From NCBI GenBank assembly GCA_951406725.2, contig OX597823.1:24428001-24492000 (forward strand): DNA of 64,000 bases, read 5' to 3'. The translations under genes were made by a program, and so were the position numbers. Below the pieces are notes generated by a model, which was not told where the DNA came from, did no database searches, and saw only the letters and a list, made by a program, of their open reading frames with translations. Of the stretch, positions 13,260 through 26,612 are shown in pieces (position 1 is the stretch's first letter; every line of letters starts with the position of its first letter). Source of the stretch: Octopus vulgaris (Eukaryota).

Positions 13260-13344
13260 TAGACCTGATGAGTGACTTTATTTAAATTGAATTGATTTTA
13301 TTGTTGTCAATTTGAAAATATAGCCATAAAACATGTGTAGTCTA
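13260..13344 (+). ncRNA. Degenerate type I hammerhead ribozyme motif in an AT-rich element
   Basis: Stem I tagac/gtcta, CTGATGA, long stem II gtgact...agccat, then AAAAC-ATGT-GT-A (GAAA mutated to AAAA). Confidence 0.55.
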
Positions 13345-13620
13345 CTGATTATATACTATTTATTTATTTAGTACTTTATGTTTTATCGTATCTTTAATTT
13401 TTTCTATATGGTATATTTAAGCATATCATTCTTGAATTGCTTCATGGTGGTTCTTCTCTAATTTTTATATATATATACAGATATATGTGTATGTGTATGT
13501 CTGTGTATATATGTGTCTATAAATATATATATATGTCCCTCTCTCTATATATATATATATGTATGTGTGTATATATATACCTTTAAAGGTTAAATTTATA
13601 AACATTTTATCCTACATTAA

Positions 13621-13661
<41 letters not shown>

Positions 13662-13819
13662 TGTACGTATGTAGATAGGTATGTAAGTAGGTAGATAAGA
13701 AGGTAGGTATGTAAGTTAGTGCATAGGTTGGAAGATAGATTGGTTCATGGGTTGGTTGGTTGGCTGGTTGGTCGGTCAGTTGGTTGGTTGTAATGTGTGA
13801 GTGAGGAGCACCATACATA

Positions 13820-14590
13820 AAGCACTCCCAGAACTCAGTTATGCTGAGGTGGACAGGTTGTCTTAAGAACTTCATATTCTCGGACAAAGCCATCATTTGT
13901 CACCTCTTCTGTGAGGTTCAACATCTAGATTCCAGTTCACTATTTCACCTGACACTTTACTGGTTCTTCTTCTTTCATATGTTCATTCCACTTCAAGCAA
14001 TTGGCACGTCTTTATATAGCTGCCTTCATCCAGACATATCACATGACCAAACTATAAGTCTTCTCTCTTGTACATTACATTATTCCTCTTGTGCCTAATT
14101 TTTCTGTCAGCACATTTACACTTTCTAGCACATGCAAGCTGGTGTTGCACATTCTTTGTAACATGCTAGCTTCATTCATCTCTAATCTCTGCAGATCCTT
14201 TCTATTCACAGACCACATCTGACTGCCATAATGTATGCTTGTTTTTACACAAGCACATACAATCTGCTTTTCACACAAAGAGAGAGATTTTTTGTTGCTA
14301 ACAAAGGTAATTGCTCTCTGGACTTTTTAATCAAGCAATTATACATTCAGAATATCTTCTGCCACTGCTAATTAGGTCACCCACGTAACAGACACTGTCT
14401 ACAACCTCTAGGGCGCCTCCTGGAAAATCCAATTCCTGTGCGTTCTTAATTTTCATTGTTTCTGCTCATCTGACACATACAAAGACCATTTTCTCTGTTA
14501 AGCTACCTGTAATTACACTGCCCTTCTGATGTGTGCATATCTTACACTGAGTACACCATATGGAATTCCTACCAACACTTTTCCTGCTTA
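13820..14590 (-). mobile_element. Degenerate RTE LINE fragment
   Basis: ORF 14075-14278 (HYGSQMWSV...RLEMNEASMLQRMC) matches the RTE RT C-terminus YGSE-x-W motif. Confidence 0.7.
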
Positions 14591-14655
14591 TTTAGCAGGG
14601 CACACACACATAATATACATGCAACATTCATGTCAGTTTCTATCTTCAATTTCAG

Positions 14656-14826
14656 TTTTTAAACACATTGACTGTGGAAATCCAAAAGAGATTGCCGGTG
14701 CAGCAAAGTCCTATGAAACCACCACCTATAAATCTGAAGTGACCTATACTTGCCCAAAAGGAGAAAAACTAAAGTCAACATGTGAAAAGGACAAGAAATG
14801 GACTCCAATTGTGGAAATCTGTAAAG
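14656..14826 (+). CDS. Exon S3: Sushi/CCP-like module
   Basis: tttcag|TT...AAAG|gtaaca, 171 nt. FKHIDCGNPKEIAG...SEVTYTCPKGEKLKSTCEKDKKWTPIVEICK. Confidence 0.9.
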
Positions 14827-16076
14827 GTAACATAAATGGCTTATTTCTTGTTCTCTCTGCCTATGTAATTTTGTTTTAATTTTTTGTTAAATGCATTTGT
14901 CAGAGGAAGACTGACTGAATACATGACAAGTTCCTCACTGGTTATGGCTGTTGGTGGGAGAGAACTAGTTATCCTCAGACCAGATATCTCACAAATGCTT
15001 ACAACAAAGTGGACATGGTCAATTCCACTGAAGGCCAAGGTAATGGTATTAAACTGGATGATGGATTAAGTCCACCAACCAAGAGCTGGAAGTATGGACA
15101 GTTTTTTTCTCTCCTACCCTCTTCAATATAGTTCACATCCACCAAATTCTTCTTGAAAGCTTAGTTGTGAAGTGAATTTTTAATCATGCAGAAATAACTC
15201 TACCTTGTACCTTATGTTTAACAAGTAAACTTTACTACCTCCATAGCTATACTACAGCGCATCTTGATAGATTTTCTCTTAACTTCTAGCAAGAAATTTC
15301 TCTACCCTACTTTGTGCTACCATCCAGAACTCTGTAAATATAATGTCAGAGTTTTTCTTTACTAAAATATAGCAATCCCCTAATACAGACTTCTGATGCC
15401 CCTGTTATCTTTCATTCAACTACCTATAATTATAATACTACTAATAACAATAATGGTTTCTGATTTAGGCACAAAGCAGTAGTTTTTAATGGATTGCATT
15501 TAGTCAAAACCTTGAACACTGCTAATTGCCTGGCACATTGTTTTATTCATTCCCACAAGATTGAAAGCTCTTTGTTTAATTTGAACTGATGGACAAAAGA
15601 GCCTGATTACTTATTGTGATGCATTTCTTGTAATACTCTAATCAGTATCCATCATCATCATCATCTTCATCATAATCAACAACATTATCATTATTAATAT
15701 CATCATCTTTTAGCACCTGTTTTCTATGCTAGTAAGCATTCGACAGTTTGATAATATCCAGTGAACTGTAGAGCTGCATTAAGCCCAATCTTATCTTTGA
15801 CATGGTTTAAGTGGCTGAATACCATTCCTCAGACTAACCACTTTAGAGGGTGTATTGGGTCCCTTTCCTTGTTACTAGTAAGGTCACCAATAACTTGCAA
15901 CACAAAATAAAGGGAAAGCAAAAAGACCCCTCAGCTGAGTGAGAGTGTATTTGAGAGAGTGGGAGGTAGATTTGTGCCATGTATTGAAGGCTAAGGTATG
16001 AAAGAGTGACAAGCATAGGTGTCTTACTATAGAGGAGATACACTGCTACTCCATATTACGTGATGATGGGTAAGAG

Positions 16077-17850
16077 CAGGAGTGCCAAACTCAATCACAC
16101 AGGGGACCAAAACTCAAAGCACACTTTAGATTGCAGGCCGAACATAATAAACATTTATTGAACAGACTAAAACTTTTTGAACATGAACATGTATTGAAAC
16201 AGATGGTATATAATTTTATTCCAAAAGTGAACTAAATTTAACTTAGATTATTTAAAATATTTTGCTCTGCATGAAAATATCTCTTGTCAATATTATAAAA
16301 ATTTAAAATAAGAATATGTTGCAAAAAAACAAAAAGAAAATATAAATAAAAAATTGTGCTTCTTAGTGAAAATTAAAATAATAAATCAAACTTTCTATTT
16401 TCTTTATCCAATTTTATCCAAGCTACATACTTGGCATCTTTTCTTGACAACATGTACATTGATGTTTGGGGCAAGGTCCTGTGTTGTTGAGACTCATGGG
16501 ATGGATTGCAGGCGTTCATCTGTGAGATGATTCCTATGTGACATTTTATTCATCTTCATCACAGAGAACAGCTGATAGCACAGATATGTGTTTCCAAACA
16601 AAACAGCGTTCAAGCTACATGTAAATGGAGCTGGGGCATTGTTTCAGGTATGAAGCAAGTGAACTGTATGGGTCCCACATTGTCATACTTTGTTTTTAAT
16701 GTCCCATTACACTGCAGTTCTATCACCTCCATTTGAATCTGTACAGGTGCAGTTTCCACATTGACGGCAAATGGGTTGCGAAGCAGCTTGAAATTATTTT
16801 TCTGTGCTTCAAAGTCATTAAAGCACCATTCGAATTCAGTGTGGAGCACACTCAATTTATCAGCAAAGTGTTGCTTTGGGAATACCGTGGCACTGACTTG
16901 GCTCAACATTACTTGGCAACAGGGAAAGTGAGACAAATTTAATTAGTGCATTTGTGTCTCCCATAAGTGCAGTTTCACTTGAAATGCATTCACTACATCA
17001 TACATTTCACAGATCATGTGATCCTGTCCCTGGAGCTGGATGTTTAAAACATTGAGATGTGTAGTTATGTCAACCAGAAATGCTAACTTGCATTTCCACT
17101 TTCCATCTCACAGAACTGTAGATTCTTTTCCTTTACTATCCATGAACTGACATATCTCCTCAACTAGCTCAAAAACTATATTGAGGACCTTTACCTGACT
17201 GACCTACTTAACCTCCATATGATAAGGCGCATCACCGAACTCTGAATGTATTTCCTGCAGGAAAGATTGCAATTGGCAGTGATTTAACCCTTTGGCTCAG
17301 ATAAAATTTACAGTTTGTGTTACAGTGCTTGTTACATTTTTAAGGCTTTAGTGCACAGCGTTTCCTAGTGTATAATGCAGTGATATGTTGTCTGCTCATC
17401 AGTGTAGTTCTCTTCTTGCATCTTTAAACATATCCTAACCACTAGTCCACTTTTTTCACCACACATCACTGGTGCTCCATCTATTGTAAGTCCAACAATT
17501 TTGTCCCAAGGTGGTTTCATGTTGGTTACATTCTGGTAAATTTTTTCAAAATGTTCCTTTCCTGTTGTTGTCCTGGGCATCAATTTAATGTCCAAAATTT
17601 CCTCCATGATGAACAAATTGGAGTCCACTTCACAGATGAAGATAGCCAACTGTGCTGTATCAATTGTGTCTGTAGTGTCACCCATAACAAGAGAGCATGC
17701 AACAAAATCTTTTCCTTTTTCAATCAACTGTGTTTTCAAATCAGTTGCCATCTCACACACCTGATCAGCAACCGTATTTCTGCTAATACTCACTTTAGCA
17801 AACAGTTGCTTCTTGTCTGGACACAAAACGTCAAACATTTTCATTAATTC
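16077..17850 (-). mobile_element. hAT DNA transposon (Buster/SPIN/GTF2IRD2-like), degenerate and truncated
   Basis: Terminal caggagtgccaaact at 16077. ORFs 17365-17844 (SRNTVA, DTTDTIDTAQLAIF, TIDGAPVM, HCIIH) and 16610-16936 (NPF, QMEVIELQC) are hAT transposase motifs. Confidence 0.88.
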
Positions 17851-18213
17851 TCATCCACTCTAGCCATTTTTGCCACTCTCACATAATTTCCCTTGAAGAT
17901 AGTACCTTCCGCTTCATCTTCAAATTCTTTACAAGTGAAATTTACAAATGCAGATGAGAGATTGATCAAAGAATAAAAACACTGTTGTCTGACCTTTGAG
18001 CCTCATCCACCACACAAACACAGAAATACTACCTTCCAGATAAAAAAAAAGTGTGAGGCAATTATTCCACACATAACAACAGTTTTTTGACATAAATTCA
18101 CAATGCAGCAGTGCTTGGGCACTGAATGAGTGCATACAAAATGATTTTGTTTTACTGCATACATCTGAAAGGGGTCAGTTTCCCAATGTTATTCCCCGAG
18201 GAAAAAGTTTTCC

Positions 18214-21200
18214 TGTTGTATAGTGAAACTGTATACTCTTTCCAATAAAAAGTGGTAGGAGACTACCATTATAAATAGACTAGCAGCCTGTTGTCATGAG
18301 AGGGTCGATAGCCAGAGAATTGAGTGTTGAAAGTTCTAGTTGGTGTTTGTGGAGCTGTCATTGATAGTAAGACAGAAGTTACTGTTCTGGAAGAAAGAGA
18401 TGTAATGGTATCCGTTGACTAGTAACTATTGTGGCTACTAGCATGAAACAGCAACTACAGTACAACAGCAGTCACACATCTCACCAGTGGGAGGAACCCA
18501 CTTTACAACAGTGGGGACAAGGAAAAACAAATTTACACAGAGTGAAAAAAAAAGGGCATTCATACGGAGAGTTCAAACTAATTCACATGGAAATTAAACA
18601 AATCTTTGAAAAAAATGTCAGGATTGGATGGACGAAATGAAAATGTGTCTAGTTTTAAGAACACTAGTGACAGCAGAGCATGAGAAGTATAGTAACTTCA
18701 TATTGCCAAAAAAAGTATCCGACATAAATTTCACCAATGCAGTTCACATTTTGTGTACTATGTTTAGTGAAAAGAACTCATTGATTAATACTAGATGGAA
18801 ATGTTTAAACATAGAAAAGAGCAAAGACAAAGACTTCACTGCTTACACTGGTAGAGTCAACAAAGAATATAAGAGATTTAGGCTGGATATGCTTACTCCA
18901 GATTCTTTCAAGTGCACAAAGATTGACGGATAAAAGAGATGCAGAAATCCGAATGAAAATTCTAGCAAAACTAGAAATGAATTGGGATTTAACATGCAGA
19001 AACTGTCAGAAGAATGTGACATGATATTAAAATTAAGACATGACATAGAAGAAATTTAATGGAAAAAGTGTGTTCACACAAGTGTAAAAACGTCAGAAGA
19101 CAAAGTGTTGCAGGAAAAACTGAAAAATATCAGGATGTAGACCCACGTATAGCATGTGGTGGGATGCATCTGAAAAAAGATTGTCCATATATAAAAGCAA
19201 AGTGTTTTTGCTGTTGGTTTACAGGACATATAGAATCACACTGCAAACCTAGAATGATAGGAAAATAGAATAAAACAACAAAAAAATAATAGTTTGTCAC
19301 CAGGAAATGTTGAGATTACAACAAACAGAAAATTCATGAATGTGAGAATTGAAACCACTAGTGTCAGAATGCAATTAGACATGGGAAGTGACTTGACAAT
19401 CATAAATGAGAAAACATGGCTAAACCAAAATTATGTAGTTCAAACAAAATAGCGTATGGTGTTACTGGAAGAAAATTATATTTCACAGGCAAACACGTTT
19501 GTAATATAATGTTCAAAGGTCAGACCAAAAAATGAATGCTTGTGTTGAAAAAAATCCATGAATTTATTTGGCACCAAATGTATGGAGGAATTTAATTTAT
19601 GAGATTCACCCAGAAATGCTTTGTGCAATCAAACAAGGTCGATGAACTGAAACAAAAAAAGTGATGTGGAACATCATGCATGAACTACCAGAAACTTTGG
19701 AAGAAATAAAAAGAAAACTGTGGTCAACAAAAGGAAATAAAGAAAGGTCTGATGCAAAGAACTGCCAAGATGTGAGCGTGTAATCTATATGTGATCAGAG
19801 GATGGTCATACCACAGACATTACAGAAGAGAATGCTAAAAGAGTTCCATGTGGGACACCCCGGCATCTCTAGAATGAAAGCACTGATGCAAAGTTTTGTA
19901 TACTGGCCAAGCATAGACAAGGAAGTTGAAAACCTGGTAAAATGCTGCAGAGGATGTGCGCTGGCAGCAAAACGACCTACTATAAAATGCGAACCTTGGC
20001 TGGAAGTGAAAATACCATGTTCTTGATTGCATATCGATTTTGCAGACCCTGTAAAGGGATACTATAACTTAGTATTAGTGGTCAACTACACAAAATGGCC
20101 TGAGCTTGTGAGGTATAAATGACCAACCTCATATACAATAATAAACTTCTTACATGAGTTGTTTGTAAGATTTGGTGTACCAGTTACTTTTGGTGTACTC
20201 TGTCTCTGATAGCAGAACAGAGTTTGTATCCTGTGAGTTCAAAAGATTCTACAAGATGTTCACATTAGAACATAAAACTATAGCACTGTATCACCCTAGA
20301 TAGAATGGAAGGGCCGAACAGTTTGTGAACACTTTTAAGAGGGCTTTAAAGAGAGCTAATAAGGAAGCCATGGACGAGGTCATGATCCAACAATTCTTCA
20401 AGGTATACAGGGTAACTCTGAACCCAAATGTATCAGAAGGAAGTTCACCAGCAGAATTAATATTTGCCAGAAAGGTGAAGTCAGTATTCAATAAACTGTT
20501 ACCAGTGAAGAAAAAGATACATACTAGTAAAGACATGTTAAAATTCTTTAGAATTGGTGATAATGTATATGTAAGAATGTACAAAAATGGCAAGAAATAT
20601 TGGGAAAAAGGAGAAATTGTAACATACATAGGGAGAATGATGCATGGTGTTAGAAGCAGAAATGGAATGGAAAGGAGACAGAAATCGGCTTAAGGAAAGA
20701 ATCATAGAAAAGGAAACAACAAAAGTAGAAATATGGATGGACTGGCTATATGAAACTTCAGGCTCCAACACTGTTACAAGAAGTCGAAGCCACATATACA
20801 AAAAAAGAAAGAACACTGAATTCCTAAAAGTAGATCCTAAGAAGAAAAGATATTGAGTATATAAAAAAAAGAGGAGGTGGGGGTGAGAAAAATTGATTGC
20901 TAAATATAATTATTAAAAGGGGAGATGTTGTATAGTGAAATTGTATACTCCTCACAGTAAAAAGTGGTAGGAGTCTGCCATTATAAATAGACCAGTAGCC
21001 AGTCATCAAGAGAGGGTCAAAGAGTTGAGAGTCAACAGTTCTAGTCGGTGTCTTGTGAAGTGACCAGCGATAGTAAGACAGAAGAAGTTAGTGTATTGCT
21101 ATTCCAGTATGCAGAGATACAATGGCATCCAATGACTAGTAACTATTGTCACTACTAGCATAAAACAGCAACTATGAAACAATGGCAGTCACATGTCACA

Positions 21201-21227
21201 CCAATGTGAGGAACCCACTTTACAATA
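18214..21227 (+). mobile_element. Ty3/Gypsy LTR retrotransposon, internally deleted, both LTRs present
   Basis: 5' LTR 18214-18510 (TGTTGTA...TACAACA) and 3' LTR 20926-21227. PBS-like gtggggacaagg, PPT aaaaggggaga, TSD tttcc/cttcc. Gag zinc knuckle CFCCWFTGHIESHC, protease LDMGS, integrase HVGHPG...CRGC and LHIDFA motifs. Confidence 0.92.
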
Positions 21228-22431
21228 CTTCCCAAACAAACTTACTAGTTCATTGTCATCAATGACCAAAACAACCCTGAGAATGTCATTGCTTTATCCC
21301 ACCATTAGCTCTCAATAGATTGCTATAGTGGAACTTCCACCTATCCAATTGCCTAGATTATGTTTGATCCTGCATACTGTATCTTTAGAAATCCTTTGGA
21401 TGAAATTACATAATATGAAATACTCTTTCTAAAGATGGCTGGGAATGATTGACAGAAGTTTTGTCAATATTTCCAACATATTGGGCATCTACACAGGGAT
21501 TCCACAGTAAGTGTTGAACTTAATATTACAAGCTAACAGATCTGACACAGCTTATTCTCTGATACATGACACTTCAGGTGGTCTTAGTGATGGTGGTAAA
21601 CAATAGTTGGTTACTGTTTATATATTTATTACAATATCAAGCATTCATATTGACTTGCAATTGCCCATGTTGAACATGAACCACAGGAGTCTCACAAACA
21701 TAGAAAGGAGAGTGGCCACAAAATTTCATGACATAACTGTTTCTGTCAAGATATATAAATACTATCTCATTGTACTCAATTCTATATTCCTTGTTTAGGC
21801 ACATGGCCAAATATATTTAGAGAAAACAATGAGATTGTGTGACTTCATGGGCACTAACTGTCTTTATAAAATGAAGTATGTTGCGCTGAGGATCATTGAC
21901 TTGCATCACTTAATTCCTATATATACTAAAAGAATACTCATGGCAAAATATTTAGAGTCAATTCTTGCATGGAAAACAAATAGCAAAGTGACTACTCATT
22001 AAACCAAAATATTATAATTAATTAATGATTCACCCATAGAGAGGAAGAAGAAAATTATTATGTTAACATTTTAATTTGGTTGTGAAATTCAGAAGAGAAA
22101 GCCTTGTGAAAGTAATCACTTTTTTTTAATCTCATTAAAAGTAAAAGCACTAGATGGTGATGGATGAGAAATTATTTTTGCTATTCCAAGCAAAACTTTG
22201 CTATATAGTAAAGTGGTGAGTTACATCCTTTTACATTCTATATAGTAAAGTGGTGAGTTACATCCTTTTACATCCTTTTACATTATCATGAAATGTGATA
22301 CTGGTCCGATGTAGAAGCCAATTTCATTGATCAATTCCTACCTAAGTTTTGACTTATTTTCTATGATGGTAAATTATTATAGTTGTTGATGATGTTATTG
22401 TTTATTGGTTTAAATTTTTCTTTAACTCTAG

Positions 22432-22671
22432 ATCCTCAGATCCATTTTGTGAAAGTAAAAGGTGCTGCTCTGGATGTACCAGGGAAGATATTGTGGAAGA
22501 AGAAAAATGTAACAACAAAAGCCTGTGCAGAAAAATGTTTGTCAGACAAAAAATGTCTATCATTTGAAATAAATAAAGAAATGGGAAAGTGTTTCTTATC
22601 AAAGCAAGCTGCAAGTTCCTCCAAGAATATGAAAACAGACTCAAGAAAAGATTACTACCAACGAGTAGAAT
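22432..22671 (+). CDS. Exon P2: PAN/apple domain, basic type (subtype b)
   Basis: ctctag|AT...GAAT|gtaatt, 240 nt. PQIHFVKVK...CAEKCLSDKKCLSFE...GKCFLS...DYYQRVE. Confidence 0.92.
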
Positions 22672-23199
22672 GTAATTATTCTTTGTATTTTATTATTGAA
22701 ATTATCCTCTCCTCTTCTTATGAAATTTGATTCCATTTGAATTGCTTGGAATACTTATGGACAACTATTTCTGTAAAGACATTGATAGGTTCATCTATAA
22801 GACTAAACATAGACATGTTCCTGTAAAAGAAAAGCAATATTAAGAACTATAAATACTCCTAAGACATTGTCATACAGCATTTGTTCACATTGAACATTTC
22901 TATGGATGTTTTCAGTTGTATTTTGTGTGTGTGTGTGTCTGTGTGCATGTGTGTCAGAAAAGAATATCTTGTTCTCTTAAACCCGATTAGTTGTAGTAGA
23001 GGTAGAAGCAGTCATTGTGGATTTTCTTCATCTCTCCATGTTGACATGGCTTTGACAGTACTGTTAGAACACATTGTCTCATCTCTAGTTGATGTGCTAC
23101 ATAATCTAATATATGGAATAGCAGAAAAAGTAATACCAAGCTATGTAGTTGTGTATTTCCTATATTTTCATATGGTTATATAGCAAAATGCTCTTCCTA

Positions 23200-24480
23200 T
23201 CACCAACCATAATACCACATGGAAAGAGTACATTTTCCCATACATCTAGAATCAGAGTAGTTGTCTGCAAGGACAAAAAGAATCCTTTCTACTTAAAGAA
23301 CAACACAGCAAGCAAAATCACTCAGTGCAGCTCAAGGATTTTGTCCTTTCCTGTTGAAATTCTTTGCTGAAATCCTGGACATAAGAAGAAATTTGCAAGT
23401 TTTAGTGATCCAGTATTCAAATATTCATGGTTGCCAGGATGTCATTGCTTATGATCAAACTTTCTAGCTCAAAAATAAAAGGTGGGATCCATTTCTCTGA
23501 ATATTTATGTGGAACTTTAACTGAGCTGAAGTTGCGGATTTCACTCCAATATTTATTCTTGACACTCTCAAGAAGTTCAAGCACATTCCCAGATCAGGTT
23601 TATACATAGGTAAAATTCCAGCAATTTCAATAATATGAACAGCTATGACATGAAAAGGTTTAGCAAGAAATTGACATGAATCTTCAAAGAGTTCGATATA
23701 ACCATAAGAATTACTACCAATCTAACTATGTTCAACATGGTGGACATTACCTTAGAACTGAAGTCTGGTATTAGACAAGAAATGTTCTTACAAAAAGCCT
23801 GATAAGAAAATCAGACATCTTCATAGGAATTTGAACTCCTTCTTCCAAGCTATAATAAAACATTACAAAAAGAATCTCCAGTTCATCCTCAAATAGAGAT
23901 ATTTGTGACAGCATCCAATGCTAGCTGCTAGCTAAGGTTGGATTTAGTGAGAAGTTAGTTCAGCCTCCATATCCAAAAATATTTAGAAAGCAGATAGCTT
24001 GATTTAGTTATCCTTCAAACTAAATATCTCCATGAACATAACAAGGAATTTTTGTCCTCCAGTTGACATTTCCCAGGCATGCATAAGTATCTCATGCTAT
24101 TTAATGCATATAGTGTTAAGTTTTGTTACTCCTGTCTAGACACAACATCCAGCATTGTAAGCTACAGTAGGAATAGCATACATTTATATAACCTTTATTG
24201 CAAACATCACCTTGTGTTTGTCAAAATCATCCCACATCTCTACTGAAAGAATTCTGCCTGTTTATGACAGAGTTCATAGAACAACCTTCACTCCACCTGA
24301 TGAATTACCAATGAATTGCATGGGACTCATACCCATTGACTTCTAGGGGAGTTTCGTTCAGCATATATACCCTTTCAAGTTCAAATATAGGAAAAGGTCC
24401 ACTGCTCTTGCTCTGTTTTATCTGGGAAGTTCAGGAACAGGGAAATGATCTTCCCATATAAACCTCAGGTATACTCACCA
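23200..24480 (+). mobile_element. Ancient Penelope-like element fragment
   Basis: ~24080-24140 reads HKYLMLFNAYSVKFCYSC, resembling the PLE HK.HK.FN..TVK.SYSC motif. Homologous to 37040-37490. Confidence 0.55.
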
Positions 24481-25599
24481 AACCAACTTCCTTAGCTAAA
24501 GGTAGTCATTTTTTCTCTGCCTAGGCCACAGAAAGCACATACATATGTGTATACATGTACAAAGAGAGGTGCTTGAATATCTATTTATATGTACACACAT
24601 AGGTATCTGTGCATCTATGTAGGTGTGTAGTTATGTATTCATCCATGCATGCACTGATATATATGTGTGACTTTTCAATAATCTTACAGTGTGGGCCAGA
24701 CCATAGTTTTTGAACAATTTCAAATACATACATATATACACATGTATACACAGACACACACATACTAATACATACTTACATATATAAGCATATGTAAACA
24801 TTCAAAAAGTATGTACATCTCTGTACATACTCTTAAAATCAGTATCAAAACACTTATGTCATATTCTGGCCAGCTCCTGGAAAGCATTACTTTGAATCAC
24901 TCTTGACAATCAACTATCAGTCTCTTCAAGCTTTAGGGAGATTCACTGACCTTGGGAGTACACGGTCAAAAAGTCTTCACAGTCAGGAACAAGTGAATGC
25001 AAAGGCTGCAAAATGCAATTCTGCCTTTAGACATGTTTGAAATAAGTTTTGACTATGACGACAAAACTTGATTAATACACAGTTATAGTTGTCACTACAT
25101 TATTTTATGGATGTCAGACCAGAGCAATTTATCATTTGGAAAAAATTCCAAACATTATTGTGCAAGAGAAGGCTAATATGTCAAGTACGTATGCTTTTCT
25201 AAGTATATTCCAACTCTGTAGAAGTGAACATGTAGCATTCTTGACGCCAGACTTTCATACATATGGTAGAACAAAAGAGACAAGGACACTGTCAAGACAA
25301 TTTGAAAAAGTGTAACTTAGAACAATCTGTTGGGGGAACATTTTACTCCAAGAAGCTCACTGAAACAGTGCTGTGTATATGGGGTTGAAGCACTTAAAAT
25401 CAGAAATGATCAGAGAAATTATTTTGTGGTCCCACATTAACTGTGGGTTTTATGCCACTGTTGGGTCTTATATACAACAGCAAATCACACAAAGAGTAAA
25501 GTTGTAAATTTGGTCGTCTTCTTAGGCATGCAGAATAAACATCACTTAAATACATACATAATTACACACACACATATATGCTTATCTATATACATATGC

Positions 25600-25631
<32 letters not shown>

Positions 25632-26050
25632 TAACAATTGAGGATAAAATCTTTAAAAGAAATTATCAGTAGTCAGCGTGAAAAAACCTCGTAAGAGAAA
25701 AAATCCGTAAATTCTTCCTCTTTGAAAATATTCATTTATATTTTTATTTTATATTGAGGGTACTACTATTCGTAGATACCAACACGCTAAGAGGGACCAA
25801 TGCGGTCAAAACTACTAAATAAACAAAATTTTACCGAATGCAAGACTTCAAAACACATCATTTTAAAAAAGAATTCAGTTACATATCACATGCGAAATCA
25901 CATGTGATATGTAACTGAATTCTTTTTAAAATGATGTGTTTTGAAGTTTTGCATTCGGTAAAATTTTGTTTATTTAGTAGTTTTGACCGCATTGGTCCCA
26001 CTTAGCGTGTTGGTATCTACGAATAGTAGTACCCTCAATATAAAATAAAA

Positions 26051-26055
<5 letters not shown>
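25632..26055 (-). mobile_element. Fold-back element with a near-perfect ~155-bp-arm hairpin (25737-26055)
   Basis: 25737-25892 is the reverse complement of 25901-26055 (2 substitutions and 1 indel seen). 8-nt loop cgaaatca. Flanked by (TA)n. Confidence 0.85.
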
Positions 26056-26084
<29 letters not shown>

Positions 26085-26208
26085 ATATCTACATACATAT
26101 ATATATATATATACACATGCATATTCTGGCACACATACAAAATACATACTGACATATATAAGCATATATAAACATTCAAAATTACATCTCTGTACATACT
26201 CTTACATA

Positions 26209-26345
26209 CAGGGGTTGGACAAAATAATGGAAACACCTAGCATCATAGCATCATAATTTTGAAATCTCTATAAAACCATCAAAAGCTTGTTTATTTTTAT
26301 GTTTTTTTGATTTATTATTAGTGTTGATTAATATGTTTTGCAAAA
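26209..26345. mobile_element. Tc1-like terminal fragment
   Basis: TA|caggggttggacaaaataatggaaacac resembles a Tc1 TIR. No partner TIR found. Confidence 0.45.
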
Positions 26346-26612
26346 ACATATTAAGAATGAACAGTAAAGGTATACTAGTAAATAAATAAATAGATAAATA
26401 TGTAAATAATGAAATCCCGAAGCATACATAGGAACTAAATATTTATACTGGTTTTTATCTTATTTCCCATTATGATATACAGAATATCCACTACACTAGA
26501 TGCCAGCTAACTGCACACACAAGATAGACAGACAGACAGATATATATATATGTATGTGTGTGTGTGTGTGTATACACACACAAACACATTCATTTATATA
26601 TAAACATGTATA

